DNA of 64,000 nucleotides, taken from a bacterium. Its GTDB lineage: Bacteria; JAAXHH01. Shown one piece after another: positions 19,052 through 28,938 of the stretch; within the stretch, counting starts at the first letter, position 1; each line of letters starts with the position of its first letter. Both the position numbers and the translations under genes were made by a program. The notes beneath the pieces are model-generated. The model searched no databases. It was not told where the DNA came from and saw only the letters and a list, made by a program, of their open reading frames with translations. The stretch covers positions 3,127,493-3,191,492 of the forward strand of contig OZ252103.1 of assembly GCA_965248395.1 (NCBI GenBank), written 5' to 3'.

Positions 19052-19903
19052 ATGCATACAACGCTGATCGACGTACATACTTTGCACCGGCATCTCCGGG
19101 ATCCGGACTGGCGCGTGATCGACGCCCGGTTTTCCCTCGCCGATCCGGGCCAGGGCGCCCGGGAGTACGGCGATGGCCATGTGCCCGGCGCCGTGTACGC
19201 CCACCTGGACGAAGATCTTTCCGGTCCCATCATACGCGGCAGGACGGGCCGGCATCCCTTGCCCTCGGTGGATCGGGCCGTCGAAGTATTTTCCAGTTGG
19301 GGGATCGACGAACGCGTGCAGGTCGCGGTCTACGATAGCGCTTCCGGTTCGGTGGCCGCCCGGCTCTGGTGGATGCTCCGCTGGCTGGGACACGACCCCG
19401 TTGCCATGGTGGACGGCGGTTGGCCGGCATGGACCGGCGCGGACCTGCCGGTTTCACGGGACGTTCCCGAAGTGGCTCGCCGGAACTTCAAGGCAAACGT
19501 CAGGACACACCTGGTCACCGACGTGGACGGCGTGGACAAATACCGGAACGATGCGGACTGGACCGTCCTGGATGCCCGCACCCCGGAGCGTTTTCGCGGT
19601 GAGCAGGAACCCATAGACCCCGTGGCCGGCCATATTCCCGGTGCACGATGCGCGTCTTTCGATGAGAATCTTGGGGAAGACGGGCGCTTCCTGGCGCCGG
19701 AGGAACTGAGACGGAGATTCGAAGACCTATTCGGCGGCGTCCGAGCGGACCGTGCCATCAATTACTGCGGATCCGGTGTATCGGCCTGCCACAACCTCCT
19801 CGCCATTGCCCACGCGGGACTGGGCGACGCCGTGCTCTATCCGGGTTCCTGGAGTGAGTGGATAACCGGGGAAGACCGGCCTATAGGGACGGAGGAGGGG
19901 TGA
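19052..19903 (+). CDS. Tandem-rhodanese sulfurtransferase (3-mercaptopyruvate/thiosulfate sulfurtransferase, SseA-like)
   Basis: It has two rhodanese domains and the active-site loop CGSGVSA in the second. The N-terminus matches VIDAR...GHVPGAVYAHLDEDL. Confidence 0.75.
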   Translation: MHTTLIDVHTLHRHLRDPDWRVIDARFSLADPGQGAREYGDGHVPGAVYAHLDEDLSGPIIRGRTGRHPLPSVDRAVEVFSSWGIDERVQVAVYDSASGSVAARLWWMLRWLGHDPVAMVDGGWPAWTGADLPVSRDVPEVARRNFKANVRTHLVTDVDGVDKYRNDADWTVLDARTPERFRGEQEPIDPVAGHIPGARCASFDENLGEDGRFLAPEELRRRFEDLFGGVRADRAINYCGSGVSACHNLLAIAHAGLGDAVLYPGSWSEWITGEDRPIGTEEG

Positions 19904-19906
19904 GTT

Positions 19907-20620
19907 TCAGCCTCTCCGCCCAAACGCATACCTGAACGTCACCCACAGGATTTTCAAACCGGCCCGTACGGCTCCGACCAATGTCCCGGTGATCTTCGAG
20001 ACCCCGACCCGCTTACGGTACCGTACCGGGACGTCGAGGGTGCGGTACTTCTTCCGCGCCGCCTTGATCTGCATTTCGACCGTCCAGCCGAAGTCCTTGT
20101 CCGCCATTTCCAGCTCAAGCAGGCGATCGTAGCGTATCGCCCGGAACGGCCCCAGGTCGGTGTATCGATGTCCGTACAGCCACCGGATGATCCTGGGTAC
20201 GAGAACGTTTCCAATCAGGGACTGAATCGGCATGGAGCCCGGCACGCGTCGGCCCAGCATCCGGGAACCGATCACCATGTCGCAGCCCTCTTCCCCAATC
20301 GGCCGCACCAGGCCGACCATTTCTTCCGGATAATCGCTGTAATCCCCGTCCAGAAACACGATGATGTCCGGAGTGAACCGGGCGGCTGCGGCTATCCCGC
20401 GAAGGCAGGCCGCCCCGTACCCGCGCCGGGGTTCCCGCACGACGACGGCCCCGGCATCCTCGGCCACGGCACTGGTCCGGTCTGTCGAACCGTTGTCCAC
20501 GACGATCACGGCCGTGGCCAGTCCCTCGGGTATATGCGACAGGACCAGGCCGATCGAACCTTCTTCGTTCAGGACCGGTATGATGACCACTACGGTCTGA
20601 TCTTCCAATGATCGCACCAT
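19907..20620 (-). CDS. Family 2 glycosyltransferase (DPM1-like)
   Basis: VIIPVLNEE, VVDNGSTDRT and FLDGDYSD (DxD) motifs identify a GT-A fold GT2. Confidence 0.75.
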   Translation of the reverse strand: MVRSLEDQTVVVIIPVLNEEGSIGLVLSHIPEGLATAVIVVDNGSTDRTSAVAEDAGAVVVREPRRGYGAACLRGIAAAARFTPDIIVFLDGDYSDYPEEMVGLVRPIGEEGCDMVIGSRMLGRRVPGSMPIQSLIGNVLVPRIIRWLYGHRYTDLGPFRAIRYDRLLELEMADKDFGWTVEMQIKAARKKYRTLDVPVRYRKRVGVSKITGTLVGAVRAGLKILWVTFRYAFGRRG

Positions 20621-20818
20621 GTGTCAGCCCGCGCCGAAACCCTTTCTTACCGTGCTCATAACGGAATCCCGCCCATCGTACATAATGTATAAATCGCTTG
20701 ACAAACCCCTACATATACTAATATATCCCCTTAATAGTCTGCTGTAACCGATTTTCAACCCGATGTTATTTCGCCGACATTCGAACCGCGCAATCTTGGC
20801 CATCAGGATTCGTCTCCG

Positions 20819-23800
20819 ATGCGTCTTTCCCATGTTGAAATGATTGGTTTCAAGTCGTTCTCCACCCGGCTCAAGGTGAAGTTCAGCGACGGCATTACGG
20901 CCGTGGTCGGTCCCAACGGATGCGGCAAGTCGAATATCGTCGACGCCATTCGGTGGGCGCTGGGAGAACACCGGGCGACTTCGCTCCGGGGCGACCGGAT
21001 GGAGGACATCATCTTCAACGGTACCGACGCCCGCAAACCCCTCGGCATGGCGGAGGTGTCGCTGACGATCGACAACAGCGATCAGAAACTTCCCGTCGAA
21101 TACAGTGAAGTCACCATCACCCGCCGCTACTTCCGTTCCGGTTCGAGCGAGTACATGATCAACAAGGTACCGTGCCGCCTGAAAGACATCACCAACCTCT
21201 TGCTGGATACGGGCATGGGGGCCCACGCCTATTCGATCATCGAGCAGGGCATGGTGGAATCGGTGGTAAACGGAAGTCCCATGGAAAGGCGCCAGCTCAT
21301 CGAGGAAGCCGCCGGCATCAACAAGTACAAGACACGCCGGCGCCTTGCGCAGCGGAAACTGGAAGGAACCGAACACGACCTGGTACGTATCGCCGATCTG
21401 CTGGAGGAAGTCGACCGAAGCGTGAGTCTGCTACGTCGCCAGGTGCGGAAATACGAACGCCACGACCGGCTGATGCAACAGATGAAGGACGTGGAGATCG
21501 TGATTGCCTGCCACGAATTTCTGGACCTGCGCCGCCAGACCGAACCCGTCCGTGCCCGGATCAAGAAGCTCTCGGACCAGAGGGAATCCCTCCTCACGCG
21601 CATTCGGACCGCCGAAGCCGACGTCGAAGGAAGCAATGCCGTCCTGCTGGAAAAGGAAGGTCAGTTGCAGCAACGGCAGGACGGCGTGAACCGGATCGAC
21701 GAACAGATCCGGAAGTTGAACGAGGAACTCCTGGTAAGCAGGGAGCGCTGCGCCGGCCTGGAACACCGGGCTAAAAGCTCGGCTGAGGAAGCGGTAGAGG
21801 CTGAGACCGAACAAAAGCGTATCCGCGGGCAGCTGGCGCAGATCGGCGATGACCGAAAGACCCTGAATACCGCGCTGGAACAGGCGCGCACCGCCTTCGC
21901 GGAGCGTGAGAACAAGGCAAAGGCCTCCGCCGAACGGATTTCGGCGCAGAAGGAGTCATCCCAGGTTCTTCGGAACCACAGCATGTCGCTGATTCAAAAA
22001 CACTCCCACGAGCAGGCGGAGATCAGTTCCCTCGAGGCCCGCGAGGAGTCCCTGCGCAACAGGAGCGGCGAGGTGACCGCCGCCCGGAAGAAACTCGGCG
22101 AAGAACTGGAAACGAATGCTACGGCTGTCGAAGCCGTAAGAAAGGAACTGCGCGAAGCAAGAAAGGTGGTCGAGGAAAACACGACGCTGAATGCCACCCT
22201 GCAGGAATCCGTGCAGGACGTCCAGCGCTGTCTCGAGTCCGCCCGGGACGAGTTGTCCGGGATCGAAACCACCCTGGCGACAGCGGATAAAGAGCGGGCG
22301 CTCCTCGATCGCATGCACCGGCAATACGAAGGATACGGTCAGGGGGTAAGGACGCTGTTAACCGACGGCGTAGCGATAAATGGACTCCGTGGCGTCCTGG
22401 CCGACCAGATTTCGATCAACAAGGAATACGAGGCGGTGATCGCGGCCTACCTGGACGACATGCTGCAGTACATCGTGGCCGAGCGCGCGGAAGACGCCGT
22501 AGCGGGCATCCGCTACCTCCGGGAACAAGAATCGGGGCAGGTTTCCTTCATTCTCCTCGACCGGATTAAGTCCCGACCTTCCCCATCGGAACTGCCTTTC
22601 GAGGATGATGGCATCATCGCCCGCGCGAGTTCCTTCGTGACTTCCGGCAAGGATATGGATCCGGCGATGATTCACCTTCTGTCCAGGGTGGTGCTCGTGA
22701 AGGACCTCGAAACGGCCTTCCGACTGTCGCCGGTTTTCGACACCGACCAGGACTGGAAACTGCTGACGACTGGTGGAGAGGTCGTGGACCCCGCCGGCCT
22801 GTTGACCGGTGGATCGACCGTTGAAAATGATTCGGACCTGCTTCGGCGGACGGAACGAATCGAAGCGCTGGACAAGGAACTGGAAGCCTGCCGTGTAGAA
22901 CGCGAAAAGAGCACCGGAGAAATAGAAGGCCTGTCCGCCGAACTATCTACGTTAACGGAGCGCCAGTCGTCCACCGAACAGTTTCTCGGCGAATCCCAGC
23001 GCAAGATGATAGAACTGGAAACCAGGGAACGGCAGTATGATTTCGAACTCGCCCGGCTCGGTGATCAGGACGAGGAAATCGAACGCGAAGCAGAGTCCCT
23101 GTCCGAGCGGATAGCGTCATCTGCCGCGGACTGCGAGAGCCGCAGGAAAGAACTGGAAAGGCTGGCAAAGGACCGAATCACGGCCGAGGAAGAAGTACGG
23201 GAGAATCAGGAAACGCTCGACGAACTGGAAGGGGAGCGCCTGAGCTTGGCCGAAGCGGCCCACGAGGCCCGTATCGCCCTGGTCTCTCTGGAGGGCCGGA
23301 GCAACGAACTGGGCACCACGGACGAATTCCTCACCCAGGAAGACGATCGTCTTACGAAGGTCCTTCGGCAGCGGAAAACCGAAGCGGTGGAAGCCGGCGG
23401 TCAGACAAAGGAATTGAAGCTTGCGCAGGAGCACCACGAGAAACAACTCGATACGCTCTACAAGTCCAGGCGGGAACGAGAGGTGGATCGCGACGCCGTG
23501 CTCGAAGAACACCGGGAGCTGCAGGACGAGGTGAGGCTGATGCAGCAGGAGGTAGGCGAAAGCCGTAACACCCTGGACCAGGTACAGGAACAGGTTCACC
23601 AGGCGGAACTGGATGACAAAGAATTGTACATGAAGAGCAGCGAGATTCGGCGACAGTTGATGGAAAAACACGGCACCGACCCGGAAAGCATGGAGGTACC
23701 GCCCCAGATCGCCGATATGGAAGACTACTCGTCCGACGCGGCGCAGACCCTCCGGTCCGATCTTCAGCGCAAGACGGATGAACTGGGTCCCATCAACATG

Positions 23801-24448
23801 GCGGCGGTCGAAGAGTACAAGGCCGCAAAGGAGCGGCTCGACTTCCTCCAGCAGCAGCAGAACGACCTCATCGAGGCCAAGGAGAACCTGGAAAAGACCA
23901 TCGTCAAAATGAACAAGGCCGCCCGCACCCGGTTTATGACCACCTTTGAACAAGTCCGGGGCAACTTCATGACCACGTTCCAGACGCTGTTCGAAGGGGG
24001 GGAAGCCGACCTCAAGCTCGAAGAAGGGGACCCCCTGGAAACCGGTATCGAAATCATGGCGCGCCCGGGCGGCAAGCGGCTCCAGAGCCTCGCCCTGCTG
24101 TCCGGCGGCGAAACGGCTCTGACGGCCATCGCCCTGCTCTTCGCCATCTACCTCGTGAAGCCAAGTCCCTTCTGCGTATTCGACGAAGTGGACGCGCCCC
24201 TCGACGATGCCAACGTCAGGCGATTCGCCAGCGCCCTGCGTCAGTTCACCCACGACACGCAGTTCCTGGTCGTCACCCACAACAAACGGACCATGGAAGC
24301 AGCCGATTACCTATACGGCATTACCATGGAAGAACCCGGTCTGTCCAAGATGGTATCCGTGCGCCTGGAGGGCGCGGAGTCCGAACAACTGGAACCGGCG
24401 GCCGCCCATGGTGAAGAAGCCAACGGTGCCGGAACGGTCGGGGTATAG
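20819..24448 (+). CDS. smc: Chromosome segregation protein SMC
   Basis: 1209 aa. The N-terminal head has Walker A GPNGCGKSN, then long coiled coils and a hinge, then the C-terminal signature LSGGETALTAIALLFAIY and Walker B VFDEVDAPLDD. Confidence 0.9.
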   Translation: MRLSHVEMIGFKSFSTRLKVKFSDGITAVVGPNGCGKSNIVDAIRWALGEHRATSLRGDRMEDIIFNGTDARKPLGMAEVSLTIDNSDQKLPVEYSEVTITRRYFRSGSSEYMINKVPCRLKDITNLLLDTGMGAHAYSIIEQGMVESVVNGSPMERRQLIEEAAGINKYKTRRRLAQRKLEGTEHDLVRIADLLEEVDRSVSLLRRQVRKYERHDRLMQQMKDVEIVIACHEFLDLRRQTEPVRARIKKLSDQRESLLTRIRTAEADVEGSNAVLLEKEGQLQQRQDGVNRIDEQIRKLNEELLVSRERCAGLEHRAKSSAEEAVEAETEQKRIRGQLAQIGDDRKTLNTALEQARTAFAERENKAKASAERISAQKESSQVLRNHSMSLIQKHSHEQAEISSLEAREESLRNRSGEVTAARKKLGEELETNATAVEAVRKELREARKVVEENTTLNATLQESVQDVQRCLESARDELSGIETTLATADKERALLDRMHRQYEGYGQGVRTLLTDGVAINGLRGVLADQISINKEYEAVIAAYLDDMLQYIVAERAEDAVAGIRYLREQESGQVSFILLDRIKSRPSPSELPFEDDGIIARASSFVTSGKDMDPAMIHLLSRVVLVKDLETAFRLSPVFDTDQDWKLLTTGGEVVDPAGLLTGGSTVENDSDLLRRTERIEALDKELEACRVEREKSTGEIEGLSAELSTLTERQSSTEQFLGESQRKMIELETRERQYDFELARLGDQDEEIEREAESLSERIASSAADCESRRKELERLAKDRITAEEEVRENQETLDELEGERLSLAEAAHEARIALVSLEGRSNELGTTDEFLTQEDDRLTKVLRQRKTEAVEAGGQTKELKLAQEHHEKQLDTLYKSRREREVDRDAVLEEHRELQDEVRLMQQEVGESRNTLDQVQEQVHQAELDDKELYMKSSEIRRQLMEKHGTDPESMEVPPQIADMEDYSSDAAQTLRSDLQRKTDELGPINMAAVEEYKAAKERLDFLQQQQNDLIEAKENLEKTIVKMNKAARTRFMTTFEQVRGNFMTTFQTLFEGGEADLKLEEGDPLETGIEIMARPGGKRLQSLALLSGGETALTAIALLFAIYLVKPSPFCVFDEVDAPLDDANVRRFASALRQFTHDTQFLVVTHNKRTMEAADYLYGITMEEPGLSKMVSVRLEGAESEQLEPAAAHGEEANGAGTVGV

Positions 24449-24455
24449 GTGAGAC

Positions 24456-25049
24456 TTGATCGTCATCGGAGTGGCCGGCGGCATTGCCTCAGGGAAATCG
24501 ACCGTGGCCCAGGTATACGGGAAACTCGGCGCCCGTGTCCTGGACGCCGATGCCATCGGTCACGAACTGCTCCGGACCGATAGACTGCGCGACCGCATAG
24601 GGGATGCCTTCGGCGAAGGCGTTCTAACCCCGGAAGGGGACGTGGACCGTCGCGCGCTCGGCCGCGTTGTCTTCAGCGACGAGAACGCCCGGCACAAGCT
24701 TAATAGCCTGGTAAGGCCCGCCATCCGCGCGGAGATACGCCAACAGATCGCAGTGATGCGCGAAGAACGCCAGGACGGGATCGTGGTGGTCGACGCACCC
24801 CTGTTGGTAGACACCGGCCCCACGGACCTCGCCGACCGGGTCATCCTGGTCACCGCGCCTGCCTCCACGAGGAAAGAACGGATCATCCTTCGCAACAGGC
24901 TCTCCGAGCCTGAAGCCGAACAGCGTATCGCCGCCCAGGCAACTGATACGAAACAGGCGAGATGGGCGGACTATGTCCTGGAAAACAACGGAACGCGGGA
25001 CGATCTGATAGAAAAGGCCGAGGTAATTTGGAAGCGTATCGTATCCTGA
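24456..25049 (+). CDS. coaE: Dephospho-CoA kinase
   Basis: IGVAGGIASGKST P-loop; 197 aa; TTG start. Confidence 0.85.
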   Translation: MIVIGVAGGIASGKSTVAQVYGKLGARVLDADAIGHELLRTDRLRDRIGDAFGEGVLTPEGDVDRRALGRVVFSDENARHKLNSLVRPAIRAEIRQQIAVMREERQDGIVVVDAPLLVDTGPTDLADRVILVTAPASTRKERIILRNRLSEPEAEQRIAAQATDTKQARWADYVLENNGTRDDLIEKAEVIWKRIVS

Positions 25050-25060
25050 GACGGAATCCG

Positions 25061-25672
25061 CTATCCTTCCCGCTCCGCACGCCCTCGGTAAAGACCGCGT
25101 TCTTCAATGTATCCCGCCACTTCTTCCGGAACCATTTGGGCGATGGAAAGCCCTTTGCCGACGCGTTGGCGAATGTCCGTGGACGAGATCTCGATTTCGG
25201 GCAACCGGACGGTGACGACACGGTCCCTCCAGCGCGGATCCATGCTCGTGAGATCCTTGCCGGGCCTCGGGACCGTCACGACCGTAGCCAGGTCGAATAC
25301 CCGGTCCGGCGCGTACCAGGTGTCTATCTCGAGCAGGCTGTCGGCCCCGATGACGAGGTAGATACAACTCGACGTGCCATGGATCCTCCGCAGTTCCTCC
25401 AGCGTGTCCACGGTGTAGGATAGACCCGGACGATTGATCTCTATGTCCGAAACCTCGAATTGGGGATCGCGTTGCGAGGCCAGTTCCGCCATGCGATACC
25501 GATCTCGCGGCGGGGCGATGGCGTGACCCTGTTTATGCGGGGGACGGGCGGACGGGACGAATAACAGCCGATCGAGACCGCAGTGTTCTACTATGCCCTG
25601 GGCAATGACCAGATGGCCGGTGTGAATCGGGTCGAATGTCCCCCCGTAAACACCAAGCCGGCAGGTTTTCAC
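25061..25672 (-). CDS. nadD: Nicotinate-nucleotide adenylyltransferase
   Basis: The GVYGGTFDPIHTGH (H/T-x-GH) motif and SSTDIRQR match NadD. The GTG start overlaps the upstream stop (GTGA). The track ORF's 164-aa N-terminal extension is treated as spurious because it overlaps the upstream lipoprotein gene. Confidence 0.8.
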   Translation of the reverse strand: MKTCRLGVYGGTFDPIHTGHLVIAQGIVEHCGLDRLLFVPSARPPHKQGHAIAPPRDRYRMAELASQRDPQFEVSDIEINRPGLSYTVDTLEELRRIHGTSSCIYLVIGADSLLEIDTWYAPDRVFDLATVVTVPRPGKDLTSMDPRWRDRVVTVRLPEIEISSTDIRQRVGKGLSIAQMVPEEVAGYIEERGLYRGRAEREG

Positions 25673-26616
25673 GGTGTGTCGACGCTCTCGGATTCGACCG
25701 GCGGCGTTTCGTCGGTCGAGGATGGTGTGTCGGCCGCCCCGGATTCGACCGGTGGCGTTTCGTCGGTCGAGGATGGTTCTGCCTGCGATTCCCTGGTAAG
25801 GTCCGTCATGCCGTCGCCCTGGGCTTTCCCGGGTTCTTCGGCCGGCTCCACGTAGATGCTTCTCAGGTACTCCAACCGTTTTACGGCCTCCGCCGAGAAT
25901 TCGTTTTCGGAATAGCTCTGGATGAAGATATCGAATTGTTCGATAGCTTCCCGGAGTTTTTCTTCCTGCGCGTAGCTTTCGGCGATCTCGTACTGCGCCC
26001 GGGAAGCCCAATTGCTCATGGGGTACGCCTCCAGCAATTCCTTGAAATAGAGGCGGGCTGCTTCCCAGTCCTTCATCTTGTAGTAGAGGTTTCCGATTCG
26101 ATAGTCTTTCTCGGCAACCTTGTCGAAACATTCCTGCAACAACTCGTGGACTTCCGCGTTCCACTCGCTGTTGGGGTATTCTGCCAGGAAGAACTGGAGT
26201 TCCCGGATGGCTTCGAAGGTCTTGTTCTGCGTGAGATGGGGCGGGTTGGATTGAAGAAACGTGGCGTAGGCCAGTTTGTACTGGCTTTCATCGCTATAGG
26301 GACTTTGGGGGAAATCACTGATCAACCGGCGGAACACGACTACGGCGAGGGGATATTCCTTGAGCTTGATATGCATTTCGCCCTGGTGGTACAGGGCGTC
26401 GTCCACGATGTCGCTGCCGGAATGGCTGAGCGTGATGGCCCTGAAGGCGTCCAGTGCGTCCAGCCAGTTTTCCTGCTCCATCTTTTCCAACCCGAAGTCA
26501 TACAGTTCTTCCGCTGCCCAGCTCGGGTCGAAATCCGGCGGATTGCACGCAGGCAGGACGAACAGGGCAAAGAACAACCCCATTAGCGGTATCTTTTTGC
26601 GCACACGTTGGATCAT
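25669..26616 (-). CDS. TPR-repeat outer-membrane lipoprotein, BamD (YfiO)-like, with a C-terminal low-complexity S/T/P/E tail
   Basis: It has a signal peptide plus lipobox (LFFALFVLPAC). The TPR-like repeats have a BamD-like pattern (DALYHQGEMHIKLKEY..A...F..L...FPQSPYSDESQYKLAY; YYKMKDWEAARLYFKELLEAYPMSNWASRAQYEIAESY). The tail has a duplicated 17-aa unit SSTDETPPVES.... Confidence 0.55.
   Translation of the reverse strand: MIQRVRKKIPLMGLFFALFVLPACNPPDFDPSWAAEELYDFGLEKMEQENWLDALDAFRAITLSHSGSDIVDDALYHQGEMHIKLKEYPLAVVVFRRLISDFPQSPYSDESQYKLAYATFLQSNPPHLTQNKTFEAIRELQFFLAEYPNSEWNAEVHELLQECFDKVAEKDYRIGNLYYKMKDWEAARLYFKELLEAYPMSNWASRAQYEIAESYAQEEKLREAIEQFDIFIQSYSENEFSAEAVKRLEYLRSIYVEPAEEPGKAQGDGMTDLTRESQAEPSSTDETPPVESGAADTPSSTDETPPVESESVDTP
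25689..25790. repeat. Tandem 51-nt direct repeat (2 copies, about 90% identical) inside the C-terminal tail of the BamD-like gene
   Basis: ggattcgaccggcggcgtttcgtcggtcgaggatggt occurs twice, 51 nt apart. It encodes SSTDETPPVESxxxDTP twice. Confidence 0.6.
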
Positions 26617-28010
26617 GCCAGGGACTCGAATTCGGCGGGGACCGCTCGTACGTCATAGTCGCCAGGGTGCGGAATCCCTGTCGAGGCCGTACCGGCCGTA
26701 CCAATCAGATCGTATTCCATGGCGTCGGTGATGTCCACGGACACAAAGGCGCCGGATGAGAGATCTTCACCGGTGACCAGCACCTCGTTGTCGACCTCCG
26801 GCGCATCTGAAGCGGTACGTCCGCTGTAGTACCCTTCTTCCGTCCGCTCGTCGATCAGCACATTTACCGTCTGTCCCACGTATGCCTGGTTGCGCTCGAG
26901 AGATACTTCGCGCTGCAGGCCCATGAGCCGGTTGTATCGTTCCTGCTTGACGGTCTCGGGCAAATGCTCATCGTAACGGGCGGCCGGGGTATGTTCTTCC
27001 TTCGAATACATGAATACGCCCATGCGGTCGAATCTCGTTTCTTCCACGAAGTCGAACAGTTCCTCGAAGTCCTCCTCCGTCTCCCCGGGAAAACCCACGA
27101 TGAAAGTGGTTCGCAACGTCACATCTGGAATCCTGGCGCGGATCCGATCCAAAAGCGCTCTCGTTTCCTTCGAGGTCGTTTCCCGGTTCATTCGCCTGAG
27201 CATGGGATCCGATATGTGCTGCAGCGGCATATCGACGTAGTTGCACACATGCTCAAGATCGGCGAAGGCCTGGACCAACGTGTCGGTGAACCGTACAGGG
27301 TGATTGTACAGCGGCCGGATCCACTGTATGCCATCCACGCCGTTCAGGGCGGTAAGCAGATCTTCCAGCCTGGCCGGTACCTCCAGGTCTTTGCCGTACC
27401 AGGTGGTATCCTGGGAGATCAGGTTCAGTTCCACCGCCCCCTGCCCGGCAAGCATCCGCGCCTCTTCCACGAGGGAATCGACGGTTCGGCTTCTCTGACT
27501 GCCCCGGATGGCCGGGATAATGCAGAAAGTGCACCGCCGGTCGCATCCCTCGGCGATCTTCAGGTAAACGGAATGACTCGGGGTGGTGATGACCCTGGGA
27601 TAGGAATAGTCGGTGGGCAGCGGCTGCCTGCGTATTTCCCGCAGGGTCTCGTGCCGGTCGTGCAGGCGTTCCAGCAGCTGGACGATCCGTGGGTATTGGT
27701 GCACGCCGATGACGGCGTCCACCTCCGGCATCTCCGCGACCAGGCCGTGGGCGTACCGTTGCGCCATGCATCCGGTGACTACGAGGGAAGTGCATCGGCC
27801 GTCTTCTTTGAACCGGGCCAGGTCCAGTATCGTTTCGATGGACTCTTCCTTGGCGGGACCGATGAACGCGCAGGTGTTCACGATGATGACATCCGCCTCG
27901 TCATGGTCGGTCACCACGTCATAGCCGGCCCGGGTAAGTTGGCCAAGCATGACTTCGGAATCCACCAGGTTCTTCGAACAACCCAGGCTGGCGAGACTGA
28001 TGTTGGGCAA
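26613..28010 (-). CDS. rimO: Ribosomal protein S12 methylthiotransferase RimO (MiaB-family radical SAM MTTase)
   Basis: The N-terminal MTTase domain has SLGCSKNLVDSE. The radical SAM motif is CDRRCTFC. A C-terminal TRAM domain is present. The RimO-like N-terminus is favoured over MiaB. Confidence 0.75.
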   Translation of the reverse strand: MPNISLASLGCSKNLVDSEVMLGQLTRAGYDVVTDHDEADVIIVNTCAFIGPAKEESIETILDLARFKEDGRCTSLVVTGCMAQRYAHGLVAEMPEVDAVIGVHQYPRIVQLLERLHDRHETLREIRRQPLPTDYSYPRVITTPSHSVYLKIAEGCDRRCTFCIIPAIRGSQRSRTVDSLVEEARMLAGQGAVELNLISQDTTWYGKDLEVPARLEDLLTALNGVDGIQWIRPLYNHPVRFTDTLVQAFADLEHVCNYVDMPLQHISDPMLRRMNRETTSKETRALLDRIRARIPDVTLRTTFIVGFPGETEEDFEELFDFVEETRFDRMGVFMYSKEEHTPAARYDEHLPETVKQERYNRLMGLQREVSLERNQAYVGQTVNVLIDERTEEGYYSGRTASDAPEVDNEVLVTGEDLSSGAFVSVDITDAMEYDLIGTAGTASTGIPHPGDYDVRAVPAEFESLA

Positions 28011-28040
28011 AACACTTCTCCGCTCTTTACTCGACGCCTG

Positions 28041-28691
28041 CTAGCGCAGGTCGACCCATTCGACATCCGCGGGCGTCGTCATCCTGAACAGCCCGGGAGG
28101 AATCGCCGTGTTCAATTGAAAATCCATGAATCGCAGGGTAGTTTCGGATCCCATGTCGTCTGTATAGACTACTTTCTTCGTGAGCCAGGTGCCGTCGTCC
28201 ACCCAGATGCGCAATTCGGGTATGCCGTCGGTGGGCGTAACAGCCGTAAGCCTTAGCACATAGAAGCTGGAACCATCGATCTGCTCTCGGCCCTCCAGAT
28301 CATACCGGTACTGGTTCGTGTAACTGAACAGGAACTCGTCCGGGCGCGTCCCCGCCTTGCTTTCCTGCGCAGGCGACACGATAACCTGTCGATTGCCGGG
28401 CACGTAGGTCCATACCGATTCACCGTCGGAAACAATGGTCTGTTCGACCTCTTCTAAACGCAGACGGTTCTCGTCTCTCTGCAGAAACAGGCGGCCCCCG
28501 GTCTCGCTCCGCTGGTCGAGCACGGCCGCGTAAGTCGAAACGGAATACCTGGCCGCCAGCGACCTCACGCCGTCCAGGCGCTGCTGCATCTTTCCTGTAA
28601 CGGCATCCGCAGAATGGAGCTCCCGCGATGCTTCATATCCCTGAAACGCCAGCAGTCCGGTCATCAGGCAGACCCAGAGATGGGTGGCCAT
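28041..28691 (-). CDS. lolA: LolA-like outer-membrane lipoprotein carrier protein
   Basis: Signal peptide. 216 aa. Pattern GRLFLQRDENRLRLEE....IVSDGESVWTYVPGNRQV typical of the LolA fold. Confidence 0.55.
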   Translation of the reverse strand: MATHLWVCLMTGLLAFQGYEASRELHSADAVTGKMQQRLDGVRSLAARYSVSTYAAVLDQRSETGGRLFLQRDENRLRLEEVEQTIVSDGESVWTYVPGNRQVIVSPAQESKAGTRPDEFLFSYTNQYRYDLEGREQIDGSSFYVLRLTAVTPTDGIPELRIWVDDGTWLTKKVVYTDDMGSETTLRFMDFQLNTAIPPGLFRMTTPADVEWVDLR

Positions 28692-28938
28692 GCTGCCTCT
28701 CCTTGCGGTATACCCGTGCGAATCTCCGCGAATTCAAGCCCGTAAGTATGCATCGACTGCGCGCTTGCGTCAAGGTTTACCGGCTGGCCTGGTCGGCCGG
28801 CCAGGCCGCGGACGGCGGACAACGGTGTCGATGGATGCTCCTATACATAGGATGCTCCTGATATAAAGAACGGGGAAAGGCCCAGACGGTTCCCTCCCCG
28901 TTCCATACAACGCTGGATTGAACTGCGGGACGCCCTTT

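Noticed and set aside
25689-25790. Possible CRISPR-like direct repeats
   Set aside because: There are only two copies with a period of 51 nt, they are in frame within a coding sequence, and there is no spacer structure and no cas genes. It is a protein-level tandem repeat.
25061-26164. 367-aa version of the nadD ORF (and similar long N-terminal extensions in the track for the MFP, ilvE, DUF164, RidA, LmbE and purS genes)
   Set aside because: The N-terminal extensions overlap the upstream gene or a hairpin and carry no NadD (or other family) homology. The internal starts chosen give canonical-length proteins and, for nadD, a GTGA overlap with the upstream stop.
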